DNA of 64,000 bases from Paragordius varius (lineage: Eukaryota; Animalia; Nematomorpha): positions 15,066,001-15,130,000 of the forward strand of contig OZ176050.1 in assembly GCA_964247055.1 (NCBI GenBank). Direction: 5' to 3'. Of this stretch, positions 23,629 through 38,600 are shown piece after piece. Position 1 is the stretch's first letter, and each line of letters starts with the position of its first letter. The translations under genes were made by a program, and so were the position numbers. The notes beneath the pieces were generated by a model. The model searched no databases, was not told where the DNA came from, and worked only from the letters and a program-made list of their open reading frames with translations.

Positions 23629-26600
23629 TTATTCATCATATCCACTGGGACTTAGAATGGAGTGGTTAGGTGGTCGATTTTTGTCATAATTTTTGAATGA
23701 AGCCTCCTTTTTCAAAGGTTTATTTGGCAAGTTTAACCCAAAAACGGGGTCTTTTCTATTATTTTTCCTTGATTTTGTGTTCGTCGCCATATATTGATTT
23801 GGATTGATTGTTTGAGCAAAGGATGAATTTGTTTCCCGAATCGAAAAACTTCGAGCCACACTTTTACTTTTTGATGGGGGAAGGGGTTTTTTATTCAAAG
23901 TGTTATATGGATTATTGACAGATAGCACGTGTGTCAATGGATAATACATTACATTCTCGTTATGTTTATTGGATATGAGATTAGAGCCGGCAGTATATAT
24001 ATTATTTGAGTTTTGCTTCTGTAAGAGTACAGCAGAATAATTTGTGGGTCGAATTTGATTAGTTTCATGATTGCCGGCATGTATAAGTGTGTTATAAGAT
24101 GGAGGTTCACCCTTACTTCCCTCAGCCAGTGTTCGGTCCTTGGGATATTCAATGACAGATTGAAACATCAGCTGATTATTAAGTGGACTTTCATTATTTT
24201 GAACCTTGGTGGCCAAGCTATATGGCATGTAAGTATTTTCCCGCCGCACTAATAAATCATTGATGTCTAAAGATGGCTTAGCAACAATTCTTTTGTCGGA
24301 TTGTCTGCCATATATAGAGCTTTTTTGGTCAAAATTTACGGTTTCAGTGTTTGTTGAGTCTTCTATCTTTTCGCCCCCACAATCATGGCATAAGGGAGGC
24401 GAGTGGGAGTTATTTCTGCTGAGATCAATGTTAAAATTTTGTTTTTCTGATTCGTGGTTGTTTACCGTTTTAAAATCTAAATTTCGTTCATAGATATGCT
24501 GTTGATTCAGTTTAAATTCATACATATTACAGACACAATCTTTGCCATCCTTGTTAGCCGTATATGTAGATGTATTACTAAAGTTTGGTTTTTTGGCTTT
24601 GTGACATCGTTCACAGGATGGCATAGTACGGGTTGTGTGATCACAAAAATCTACAAAAACAGAAGAATCATTCCCATTCATTCCATCACTTTTAACGCTT
24701 CCGTTTCGATGATTGAGACCGCCCAAAAGCAAAGTGTCCGATAATTGGGAAACTTTGTGGGTGCGATTCGTTCCTCGGAGTAATCCGTTATGATTCAATT
24801 GCAAGTTTTGGAAAAGGGCCGATGGGAAAAAGAATTTGTTAAGCAGGCCAGGCGAATCTACCGAACTGGAAGATGATTTTCTTAAACTGCTTGCACGAGA
24901 GGACGATCCATACCGTCGTTGAATTCGCATTAAAACGGCAAATATGATTATTGTCAGCATTATTCCTCCAACGAAAGAGATGACACATCCTATCATGAGT
25001 TGAGACCAGTTAACCCAATTCTTATCTGATAATTTTTCCTTCGTCCTCTGTAAACCCATAATTTTAAGGGGATTATCATTACCCAAACTGTTAAATCGTC
25101 CTTCCGTGGGATTATCTTTAGCAGCCAAGTTTGTTGCTGAAGTAAAGAGATGGTTTGATTTGTCATCGAAAACTCGAAATCTCTCATCGGTTTTGAGTAA
25201 AGAGCTCTGCTTATCTTGAAACAGTGAGTCATGGTAATCTGGATTATAATAAAAAGATTATATTTGATGAGGCAAATAAATTTAAAGTTTAACTTCGTAC
25301 TATAATGTAGGTAATATACCGTTTATCTGAAAACAATCACCCATGGATGTTTCTCCATTCCAGTCCACATTAACTGTTTGCGCTAGATTCTGACAAGCAA
25401 ATTTTCTCAAATAAAGTTTTGGTGTAATTATTAGGGCCATATTAGTAGAGTTATCATATAAAAGTTTTTGTTTTGGCAAATTTAGTTCGCAAAAGGCCTC
25501 ATATTTCGTCCCATAAATGTAATCAACTAAATGGTTATAATTGGAGGTTGTTTTAGCTTTTATGAACAGATCAGCGACATCGATTTCAGGGTTTTTTCGA
25601 TGAAACTCCTGCAACTTCAAAGTGAGTTCGGCCAAATTTACTGCATTTCTTTCCACCCATGGACTCCACACTTTTCCAGCTAAAATATAAATAAAATTTA
25701 TAATACCTTTTTTCTTACTTTTTTATAATATTATACAGTAAAATTTAGAAAGAGAAAGGACGTAAAATAATTTAAGTTTTTTAACATGTATAGAGTTGCA
25801 AATTATTTTATTAACCATATTTTCACCAAATTTTTATATGCAGTGGCTATAAAAATTGGGATTGAAAAGACAAAACGCAAAAACTAAAAAATTTTCAAAA
25901 CAATCACATCTTTTTAATTGTTTTATTTTAACATATCGTTTTGGATATTAATTTTAAATTGTGAAAATATATATTTTATGTGAAAATAATTGAGGTAATA
26001 GTAGTCTTTCAAAAAAATATTTGTCTTTTTGTTTTTGTGCTTTGTCTTTATAATTTAAATATTTACTGTATGTTGAATACGCGGCTATATATATTAAGAT
26101 TCTCCCTTAAAATCTCAAATAAAAATCTCTAATGAAATGGGATCTTTAGTTTATTTTTTAAAAAAAATTGCATTTGCACAAAACTATTAACCTTATCATA
26201 TTAATTAAATTCGTGCATATATATACTTGTAGTCAACATATCACGTCCATTAGGCGCATCACAAAATCGTATATCAAGCGGTGAACCAACACAATAATGT
26301 TTCAAGTCTTTATCATTTTGATTTAAACATTGGCGAGAACGGATTTGAAATAATATTTCTGTCGTCGTGGTTTTATTATTTGAAAAATGTTTCGATTGAT
26401 TGGAATGACAAGAGGGCCCCCAGTTTGTCCATTGAGACCAATGAATTAATTCGGTTGTTCCACTTTTCACTACAAATAAATGAAAAAAAATCAAGCATAA
26501 AATATCAATATAAACTTTTCCAATTTTAACTCTTTGTACCTGTACAAGCATAATAAAAAATATATCTTTTATAACTAAAAATGATTATAGGTTTTTGTGT

Positions 26601-29600
26601 GGATTTATCAGTAATTTATGGGCAAAAACCTATTATAAGCTTGCTAAAATTAATTAATCGACATTTTTTGAGAAACGTTTTAACATACCACCTACGAATA
26701 ATGTATAAAATAATTCAACGGTGGCATTTAATATATATAATGTTTGTTAAGATAGATATTCATTTTTATTTTTGCAGATTAGTGACATCTAGGGTTGTGC
26801 ATTTGACTGCTTTTTCAAAAAAGTCCGGTCAGACCCGGTCAGACCATGGTCATGGTCATAACCACGGTCATGACCACTTTACCTAAGTAAATACCATGCG
26901 ATATTGGATTGTAAAATAATGTTCGAACGACACTTGTGTTTCACTAATAATGTCATGTTTTTTCTTAAAAGTTTATATAATACATTTTTTTATATTTACA
27001 ATATTTTCAATCAAATTTAATCAAGAATTTTGTTTTAAAATAAATTTTGCCCACATCGCTTCTGAACCTTCAAGTTAGCTTTTTCAAAAAAAATTTACCT
27101 AGTTTGTTTTATACTTTCTTTCATCATTGAAATATCCAATTATAAAATGTTTTTACATTTTATTGGTTCATATATATAGAATAATCGCATATTTTGCAAA
27201 ATGCTTGAATGTTTTTCAAAATAACTGGTTATGCTAAATGCTAATGTTATAAGGATGCATGTTTAACAATTTTATATTGTTAAATAAGCATATTTAAATA
27301 TTTAATTTATATTTTTTAAAAAGTATATTAAAAAGCAATAAATCTTACTTAAAAATTTACCAGCAATTTTTGAAAAAACAGCTGTTTTTTTAAATGACCA
27401 TGGTCAAAAAATAAATAGTCACTGACCTGGTCATGACCCGGTCAATTGACCGGGTCATGACTTGGTCAACACAACCCTAGTTACATCTATATGCTTAACC
27501 TATTTCATAATCAATTAGCTCTTTTAAAAACATTCTAAACCTTTTTCTAATGCACAATCTATTGCATATGGGCATAATTGAATTTCTCGCTTTCTTCCCT
27601 GACAATTTCTGCCACCAAAAGCTGGAATCGGATTATTGCATGTTCTGGTCCGAATTCGCGAGGATTTTGGGTCACATTTCTTTCCTGTGGGACTTTGGCA
27701 TTCACTCCAAACTGTCCATTTAGACCAGCCTCCATTAACTATAAAGAAATAAAAAAATGTAAGTATAAAATAGTTAAATTCCGTTATATAATTTTATAAA
27801 ACAAGAAGGGTGTCCAACACGTAGCCCGCGAGCTACATACGGAACTTTGAAATATTTTGTGCGGCTGATGGGAATGAAAGATATATTAGCGTTTCGGGTG
27901 TCAAGTCATTGATACTTAATTTCCAATTTGAAATTTGAATGTCAACAAATTTTCATAGATATTTTGAATGTTTTGTATTTTAGTATTTTATAATTAATAG
28001 TGTTTATATAAAGGCGTCACCGTCCACAACTTATTTTGGCTTTTCACCATTTATATTATCTTGACTCTTCGTATCAATAAATTTGATAAGATCCACATAG
28101 GTAATTGCAAGTTCTATCTCTTACATCAACTCGATAGCAGATATTCATTCATTTTTTCTACTAAATCAGATATGGGATTGTTTAAAATCATCCTAAACAC
28201 ACCAATCTTGATAAGTTTCTCATTTAACTTAATCTTATGGAACTAATGATTTTCACTTTGTTGTATCAACAAAATATGGTATTGAAATCCAAATTTAGCT
28301 TGGCTCTGCACATGTAGCCTCCTTATCAAACTACTAAATCACTTAAAAGCTTTCATTATACCACTTCTCAAACAGTCTAAATGTGCTATAAACTATCTAG
28401 GGTTCTTACTCAAAATTAGAAAGATTAGAGAGGAGCTTTTTTCATCAATCAAGCTGTCCAACTTATTCCAGATTATGCGACACTTCTCTCTACTGCAACT
28501 ATAAGTAAAGACAAATTATAAATCTATTCTATATAGTAAGTAATTTCAGCAAGCCATTAATTTTGTCATAAAGAATGAGGGAATAGTTGTTAATATTAGA
28601 GCATAATAATCAATAACATAATCTTTTTTTTCTTACCTCTCAGAGCAAACTTTGATTAGCCTCAACCTATCATCCTGATACATTTCTTTCCATATATCTG
28701 TGCTCGTTTTATGCGTGTTTGAAAGGTTCCTTCATGGAACTTTGACCAGGTGTTCTGGCCTATACTATGACAAATCACATGTTGCTAGAAATAACGAAGC
28801 CATTCCTCCTGGAAGACTAAAATAATCAAAAACTCTTACACGAAAAATGCACTGAGAACATTAGCTAATTTGGCTAATGTGAAAGATGAAATTTCAGTTG
28901 CCGCAAAACTGATAATATAAATATAGCAAAGATCTTGCTCGAATTTCAAAAAAACTAAAACTTTTTTTTGGTTAAAGAGGCCGAGTGATATCTTAGTTGG
29001 TTTGTTTCCTCTCATGTCGGGACGGTGAATAGGATTAGGATTTTCACAGTTTTTTCCGTATGATAATGGATTGATAACTACATGATTTTCTGATTTCTTT
29101 GGACATTGTTGCATATTAGAGAATAAGGTACCATCTAGAGATTTAAAGCCTTTTCCGGAGGGTCAGTTACTCAGTGATATACTTGATAAATTTCCAATTT
29201 CCAATTCTTTTATCCTATCGACCGTGGCAGCATGAGAGGGAATAAACCAACCAAAGCTTCTGACTTTTCTTTTAAACAATTCTCATTTGTTTTACAAGGA
29301 CAAGATTTTTCGATATAGATAGCATCAATCGTAGCAACTGAGAATTCATCCTTCACACATTAGCAAGATTGGCTAATGTTCTAATTAAGGGTAAAAAGAC
29401 CATATATCAGAAAGAAATGTTTGCAGATGATAGAATGAGAATTAACAAAGTTGCTTTAATAATGGTAATTAGAGGGTGAATAAAGTGATTAATACCAATG
29501 AATTAAGAAAGAAAGATCATATTGTTGATTATTATGTTAAGATCAACCATAAAACTAGCTATTCTCTTATGACTTATGTGAATTAATGGATTGCTGATTT

Positions 29601-32600
29601 TCAAATTTCTTTGGGAATTAAAGATGTAATAGTATTCCGGGTGTCAGTTAGTCAATGATGCTTGATTAATTTCCTAACAATTTCAAATATCGCCAAATTT
29701 ATACAGTGGCCAGTGAAAAATTTGAAAAATTATAAAAATATGAAACTCCATAATTTCCAAAAAAATTGCTTGCAAACAAGTCATTTGTGCTGAGCACTTC
29801 TGTTGTAAACTAAAATATGGCTAAATAAATTGAAAATTATAAAAATCCATATTTTATTTAACTTTAACTAATCTATAGTTTTGGGTGTATAAAAAGAGGT
29901 GAGCACAGATGTAATTTATAAGAAACACCCAATTTTCTATTTCACGGTTTTAAGTATTTTAAAAATATGGTGTCTAATGTTTACCTTCTAATTTTTTCGC
30001 CTTATAATCCTAATTTTTACTGTAAATTTAGTAAAAAAATTTATATATATTTATAACATTTTTGGGGTTATTTACGCAATTTTTAATATACTTGTACAAT
30101 TGGTGACTTGTATTTCAGGTTCAAAATTTTGGCAGTTTTCAATTTGTTCTTCATCTTCGAAAAGAGAAGTTAAGTAAGGACAATCAGATTTGCGACAAAG
30201 GCATGCTGTTTTCTGATTAAGCAATTGACATTTTTTCCATTCGGACCAATTTACGTTTTCGGCATTTGATTCATATGAGCCTAAATTTATGATATGTACA
30301 TTTCTTGAAATAATAATTTTAATATGGATTTAATGCTTGCTCACTGAATAGAGTTTTAAATTATTTGAACTTGTTTGGGATTCCAAAAAAAATTGGTTTT
30401 ATAAGGTTTAAAATGGTTTATTCTATCTTTCAAATAAAGACGAATAAAACAAAATATCAATGCAAGTTGAATAATAGATTAGAATAAAGAGCAAACTAAT
30501 TTTTAAAATTTAAGTTCCCCGAAAAAGTGTTGCTAACTTAGATTTGATATTTCTTTAAAATTTATAATAAATTTTCAAATCATTTACGTTTTTTTAGAAT
30601 GAATTAAGGTTGCATAGTGGCAAATGTGATAACATTTATTCATCTTAAAAAATTCATATCTATCATATATTTTACCATTCAAAAAAGCATGGTTAATTTG
30701 ATTCAACGCCGTTTTCCAATTCAGTTTAGGGAGATGATTGTTTTCAAACGTTGCTTTTGCATTTAAGGGTAAATTTAATTGTTGTGTCGGACAACTGACA
30801 GGCGCTGGTTTCCAATAATGATATTCTCCGACTGAGTTATGTCCCCTTTTTTTGTCACCATTATAAAAAGATGGTGAAGTCGCAAGTGTAGGGCGACATT
30901 CATTCAAGAGTTTATCCCAACCACATAGAGGATCATTTGATCTCAAACACAGCTCTTTAGAACCCGAATACAAATGGCATTTAGCAAGGTTCAGTTTCAA
31001 AACGGCAGTATCAGTTAGAACATATAGATATTTCTACAAAGGAGAATATGTATGAAAATACAGCAAAAATTGAAATTATACGGACAAAACGTAAAAATAT
31101 ACAGACAATAATTGACAGCCATACTTTTTAAATATTTTTTTGAATAAAACTTATTGTTAAGAACCGCAAATGATATAATAGATAAAAATTTGGTTACATA
31201 ATATATTTTGTTTTACGATTGTAATTAGATGATTTTTAAAGGATAGATTAATAAAAAGTATGGATGTCTCTTAAAAAAATATTTGTCTTTAAATTTTTAC
31301 GTTTGGTCCGTTTAATTTCAATTTTCACTGTATAGAAGGTCCATATTTGGAAAAGATAAACAGTGTATATACCATATCATTAAATTTCGAGGTTAATTTT
31401 AAATTTTCAAAAGCCTCAACTCTAATAACTACCCCATATTTATGTATATTGGTTTTATACTAAAACTTAAAAGTAATCATAAAATTAAAATATAAATTAA
31501 TTAATAGGTTTCAATACCTGATCTTTGCTTTCAACGAGTTTATTAATTTTAATTTGCGACAATTCCCAGCCATGTGACATTGAAAGCAAATCTATTTTGT
31601 TGGAATGAAAATATCCGCGTTTTATCCTTCTTTCAGTGACTGTCACCATATTATTGTTTGTTAATGGTAAAACTTCCAAAAGACAAATTTCCTCACGATT
31701 TTCATGAGATTTTATACGACTTTTTGGCTCATTATTGAGATTTGGTTGATATAAAAATTTATAAATGCCGTTTGTGGAGGGACTAGAAAGGTAAATAAGG
31801 AATGAAAGAGATTTTATGGATATTTTTGTTTCAACTTTATGTTTGATTTTTGATTCGGGCGTTTTAGTATTTGGCACAACTTTAATTGGGTGTACTATCA
31901 TGTGATTGAATCTAAAACACGTATAAAAGATTAATTTTGATTTTATAAAAAAAGATTTAATAAATAAAAAATGTTGAGATTCCATAAAATCAAATTTTTT
32001 ATAATATCCACGACTAACAGAAATTATTATGATAAAAACAGCGTATAAAAAGTAAGAAAATGATTTATGTTGTTTATTTTTTCCAAAAAAACTTAATGAT
32101 TACGATAGATAAATTATTTTACCTTATTTGGCAACCAAACGATAACTTATTTTATAAAAATAAAAGTTCAAAAAATATGGTTTATGTTTAATGAAACAAA
32201 CATGTCTTTTACTTTTTATGTTTTATCCTTATGAATTTCTCCTTTACTGTAGACATAAAAATGTGTGAATATAGTAATGCAATCAAATATATACATTTCC
32301 AAAATTTAGTTTATAAAAACAGTTTTTACGCCTACTTATTATGCAAGAGATGATGTGGGTTAATCAGAATTCTGTTGGGTTTTACAACCAATTTCATGGT
32401 TTGAAAGTAACTTGCTTGACTTACAAGCCGCTCTAACTCGATCGTGTCATTGAAAGCGCGCTCACGAGCCTGACACAAAGTGCCGCCGGCATAAGGATTA
32501 GTTTTAGGAACCCAATAACCATTAGAGCTAACATCTTCTTGTGGTAATTGTGAATTATACATGGAATAATCTGTAGATTGTCCCAAAGCATTCAATGGGA

Positions 32601-35600
32601 CATAGTAAGTGTATGGGCCTTCAAAAACTTTTTCTATGCTCGTCAATGAATATGTACAAATCCCGGTTAACGATGTACTATATAACAAAACACAGTAAAA
32701 ACTGAAATTATACGGACAAAACGTAAAAATATAAGAACAAATATTTTTTTCTAAAAGACAACCATACTTTTTAAATCTTGATATATTTCAATTATAACTC
32801 ATTGTTTTAAATGGCAAAGCGTGAAATAGAGATATATATTACTAACGCAATCAATTCAATATTTTACATTTGTAATTAAATAGCTTATATGGGAAACATT
32901 AAGGTTTAAAAAAGTATGGTTCTCTTTTATAAAAAAAAATATTTGTCTTTATATTATTACGTTTTGTCCGCATAATTTCAATTTTTACTCTAAATATTAC
33001 ATATAATTTTAAAAAAGTATTTTTATAAGGTATGCAAAATATAATGGTTATTTTTTTGTGGCTTACAAACTATATTCTTACAACCTTAGTTTTTCTATAA
33101 TGAGGACAATAAAATAGGGTGCTTTATGTTATCTTCATCCTACCAATTATTATAAGAGTGTAAAATGAACCAGTTTTAAATTTAGTTAAAAACGACTCTT
33201 TATAATTATGAACTTTTGATATAGTTTAGACTTTTCATTTCTTTAAATTGGGAGTTTTATTTAATGAAATTTGTAAAGGGCCCCAAACCATATGTAAATT
33301 TTAGCTTTGTATGATATGACTTATTTATTACATAGAATCCTGGAATAATGCTACGAAAGTGTTTTCATTCGCATCCCAATGAATATCAATCAATTCATTT
33401 AAGGTGTAAGATATTTTTTCTGATTTCGATTCTGATTCTAATCCTACTCCGACATAATTTGAATTTGAATTTTCCTTAGAATTTGCAAATATCCCTGCTG
33501 TATTTGCAGAAAAAGTTTTTTCTAGAACAGTCATTTCTCTTTTCTTGTCCATCATCGTAAATGTTGGTGAGTCAATCGATGTGGAACAGAGAATGCGAGC
33601 CTTACGGAATGTGACCCAAACATTGTCGTACAAAAGAGTTCCTCCACGATCGTTTTTACATATCCGGGCAACTCTTGAATATGTCATCTAAAGTTTGAAA
33701 GGTATTATAAAAATTACAGAAAAATTTCAAATTATACGGATAAAAGTAAAAATTTAATAAAGATTTCTTACCATCCTTTTTTAGACCGTGTTGACATAAA
33801 TTATTCTAAATACAAATATATACAATGGATTGAGTTGCCAATATACAACTCTACTTTTAACTTTGCAATAATAAACAATGATTTATAATCCATATAATTT
33901 CAATTTTTACTGTATATTTTAGGGTGGAATTTGAGGCACAACTAAAAAGATCTGTGAAGAATTATATTAATATAGAACTAATTTACTGCATATGCTATGG
34001 TTTTATTATAAATTGTTTTTTGTATTTTTCCGCTCTTTGACTATATAATTTCAATTATTCTGTAAATTGACGTTTTGTGAAAATACAATGCTATGCTAAT
34101 ATATTTTAAATGTGATTTATTTATAAAAGTCGCTAATCGTTTATTGTCTACTCAAAGAACAACTAATTTCTAACTGTTGAAAAAATAATTAACCTGATTA
34201 TTGACAGGGTCTTCCTTCCCGACCTCGCGGAAAAAGGCATAAATGTATTGTCCAATGTCAAACACTGCAACAAATTCAGGCCCTAAACCAAAATAAAACA
34301 CCATAAGATATGATACATATAGATTTTACCCATATTATGTAATATCGAGTTTCTTTTCGATTTTAACATTTCGAAAGAGTATTACAGTTAAAGTTGAAAC
34401 CATATACGGACAAAACATAAAATATTAAAGATAATTATTTTTAAATTAAATAACAGACCACCCGTATGATTAAAAAAATATAATTGGGTGTAGTAATGCA
34501 AATTTACATTTTTTGCAACCTGAAAACGATAAGGTATATTTAAAAAATATGGTTCAAAAATGGCTGTCCTTATGCATGTATAAAAATTATCTGCAATTAA
34601 CTTTTATCCTTATACAGTAAATTAAAATTTTACACACATAACTTTCACTAAAATACAATTTTTTAAAAGATAGCCATACTTTTAATACCATTATTTATGC
34701 ATATAATTCATCATTTTGTGGTTGCGAAATAAATAATTGTTGTAAATATTTAATACAGTAAAAATTGAAATTATACGGACAAAAAGTAAAAACTTAAAAG
34801 GCAGATATTTTTTTCAAAGACAATATACGTTTTTAAACCTTTATTTTTCCAATATAAATTATTGACCACAATCGTAAAAATGGAATTGTTTGTGCTAACA
34901 ATATACGTCTTTTTTTAATACTTTGCAATTGTTTACATGATATATATTTAAAAAATTCAGATTTGGTTGGCAAAAAATATTTGTCTTTTACGTTTTGTCC
35001 GTATAATTTCAATTTTTATTACACAATCATTTAAAAAATTCAGCATTTGCACAATATTTGTCTTTGGGTGTTTTGTCTTTACAATTTAAAATTAAATGTC
35101 GAAAAACCTTTTAACCAATCATCACTTTGAGGCAGAGTCCGTATGAAAGGATCGGGACCAAGACTGCGGTAAAATACGCCCTCTTGTCCACTATAATCCA
35201 GCCAGGTGCCGACATAAAAGTTTCCGGTCAGCTGATCGATCGTGCTAGCATGTGGAATGTAGGATGCATAAGGGGAACGCCCTTTCCCATCCATACTTTC
35301 CATCACATTACGTAAATTATTCGTCTGAAAGAGGATATTTTAAAACATATCATTGGGACTAAAACTGTTTTTATAGTTTGAGTTAGGAATTTTTTATATA
35401 CCCTTTAGAATTTGCATAAAATGGATGGATTTCGATTCCTCATTCAAAAGATATGGCCATGTTTTTAGATTAACAGATAGCTTTATTTTGGTAATATGCA
35501 ACAAAAAATAAGGAGATATATATACTGAATTGTATGCTACATTTCTTAGAGATGATAAATATATATATGTATCTAAAATTCTAAAAAGTTGAATATATAA

Positions 35601-38600
35601 TTTCTTACAAAATAATTAAGAGATTTTTTAAAAACCTGATGCCAACTGCAAACTGGATCCAAGGCGTTTGTTCCACAAACAAAAAGTTTGTTTTGAAAGC
35701 TGTGGATGATCCGAACATGATTTGCGCATTCCTCCTATTATTTTATTAAAATTGAAATAAATTTAAATAAATTTTAATGCGCAATAATTAACGAGCATTT
35801 TAAAATATCTCAGGTGGAAAAAAAGTTTGATACAATGTTGATTAAACAATCATATCATATATTTTAGTTAAACTACAGTAAAAAATATCATGTCATATGA
35901 TAAAAGAAAATGATGCCTTTTCAAATGGAGTGACAGCCTTTTCCAAACACTTGCGAAGAGTGCTTGTTTGTGCAGGGATTTGAACTTTTTCAATTTCGCT
36001 TAAATCATCATTGTTAAAGCGAATCAGGTGATCTCTGTAACATATATTATAGGTAATTATGGATTTTTTTATATATGCACCATTTACAGTTCAAATTCCC
36101 ACTAAAGTAAATTATGTGTATTTAAAAATTAAAACTTTATTTTATAACATTTTTAAAATATGAAAAAGTAATTATAATGCTGAAAAAATATATACTATGT
36201 CTTAAAAATATATTTCATATTCATGATGAGTTATATTAGCTGTCCGATGACACATAATTTATTTTTACGGTGAATTTGAATTGTTTGAGGGTGAATTTGA
36301 ATTGTAAATGGTATAGTTTAACTTAATTTTAATAATTTTTACTAAAATATATATAAAGTCATTTAACCAGTTTTATAATTTCATTTACTGGAATATTTTA
36401 TACTGAATTTATTAACATTGCCTTTTATATTATATTACAAATAAAATATTGATTTTATATATACTTTGCCCCAACGATTATGGTGTGGGAGATGGGATCA
36501 CTGATGAGAACTGAAAAATTTTGGATTTTGGAGTCTTCATATTTTTGCACGTATTCCTCCTCTATATATAATTTTCAAAAGAAAAAAGATTACATAAGCA
36601 TATGCGAAAATATAAAATACTAGCTAAAGGTCATTCCACTTTATTTTAGTATAGAAACGTTATTTCAAATAATAATTATTCTTATACTTATTATTATCTC
36701 AAAAGAACGGAAAAGACTATCACATTACAACTTAAATATTTTTTAATTTTTTTCCATGAACTTGTAGTAGAAATTTGTTCTTTGGTATATTAAGACAAAT
36801 TTGTCTCACGCTAGGTAATATTTACCATACCGGTAAATTTAAAATTTTATAAAAATTTTCTGCATGATTTCTCAGATATGACAGTCAATTTTTCACTATT
36901 ATGTAAATGACTAAACTAAGTAAACACTGGAGAGTATTTGCATGAAAAATTCCCATAAAAGTGAAAGAAACATTGTATAACATTGAAACAATAATTCGCT
37001 TTAAGCAATTTTCACATAGAAAGAAAGAGTTAGTTAATTCAGATGTTAACCAGTGATAACAAAAGAAACTTTTATTTATTTCGACAAAAGAATCAATGAC
37101 AAAAGGAAAAAAAGAGTACATCAGAGATATGGCATTTTTGTCATTTATTTTTTATTTTATTAAGTATGAATACATCACAATCGTTTATATATTATACTAG
37201 ATATATATAACTGAGAACAATGGGTAAAGATTAGTTTTGAATTGAAAGCAGTTTTCAAGGATTTATCAAGATTTCGTGATTATTGCAAAATCTGTGTTGA
37301 AGTGGGATGCAATCCAGATATTTGCACCATTCACAGCGATATGAAGTGTTGGGGAACACGTAAAATAAAACGAGAAAGATTGTATACAGTATGACAAGCG
37401 TGATAGCTGACACGACAAGTGTCACAAGTTTTCTTCGTCGATCCCAACGCCCAATCGTCAGGTAAGGCATAATACAGAAAGAGGTGAGACCACCAAACAC
37501 AAAACCAAACACATGGGCATAATTATCGATCCAAGGCAGAAGGCCTAGCAGGAAAAGAATGGCATAAATGCTGGCAAGTTTGCCCAAAGCTGTCCAAGGA
37601 CTCTGAAGGATTTGCCACGTCTGAATAAGTTCAACACATAAGCTAGCCAGAATTCCAAGTTGAGCACCCGAAGGACCAACATCCGCTCTGTCAGGGGAAA
37701 ATATTGCGCTCGCTAAGTTACCTCCCACCCCGCTCACGAAATAAAGGACACCCGTACGGACGGGACCGGCCAATTTCTCTAAATCTCTCATGACCACAAT
37801 TTGGAATGAAACAGTAACTATGAGTTGAACGATTCCAGCTTGTAGGAACAGTGAGATCCAGAGCCGGTATATTTGGTCGGGGATTTTAATGGCTTTTTTC
37901 GCGGCATAATTTTGATTAGAGTTTGATACTTGTGGATCTGTATTGATCGACAACGATTTGGAAGTACGAAAAGAAAATGTGGTGAAAGGAAGCATGCCAC
38001 ACACATCAGCCAAGCAATCCACCTGACTACATAAATTAGCTTTAGCGTGGAAGGATCCTTTAACAAAAGAACAATATTCCTGGGTTGTTATAATACATGC
38101 GCCACGAATCCCAATGCAACAAGGTCTTCCAATCACCTCACAAGTAAGATGTGAAGGCAACACACTGTAACGTGAATATCTTTCACCACCATTCCGTTGT
38201 ATAACTGCATTGGAGGTATTAGTAATGCTGTAAGTGGATGTTTTACAAATGGGCCAAAATGTAATGTCTTGAGACCAGGGTTTAAGGTTTGACGAGAGAG
38301 GATTGGCACAATAATTTGGATCTAATCCACAAACAGGTCCCTGTTCGTGTGACCAAGCGAAAAAGCGATCGTCTTGGCAATCCTGCCAAACGCTTTGAAT
38401 GCAACCTGATCCATCTTTGCGAATACAACAAGCACTTCGACTTTCCCTTGCTATTCGTTCATCTATTTCGGAAAAAATTGTAGGGTCTCGTCGCATACAT
38501 GGTGAATACTTTGCCCCCAAATGAATAAGGGTGAATGGGTTAGGACCGAGCCAAAAATTTTCTGGTTCCAGGTATCCTGCTTTTTCTAAGGCCAGCGATG

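Noticed and set aside
26820-26886. ORF ending in a His/Gly repeat (DHGHGHNHGHDH)
   Set aside because: It is the translation of subterminal GGTCA/TGACC repeats of the hAT element, not a metal-binding protein.
36885-37121. Hydrophobic ORF as candidate semaphorin signal-peptide exon
   Set aside because: It ends in a stop with no suitable donor. The exon at 42710-42848 has a better signal peptide and the correct phase.
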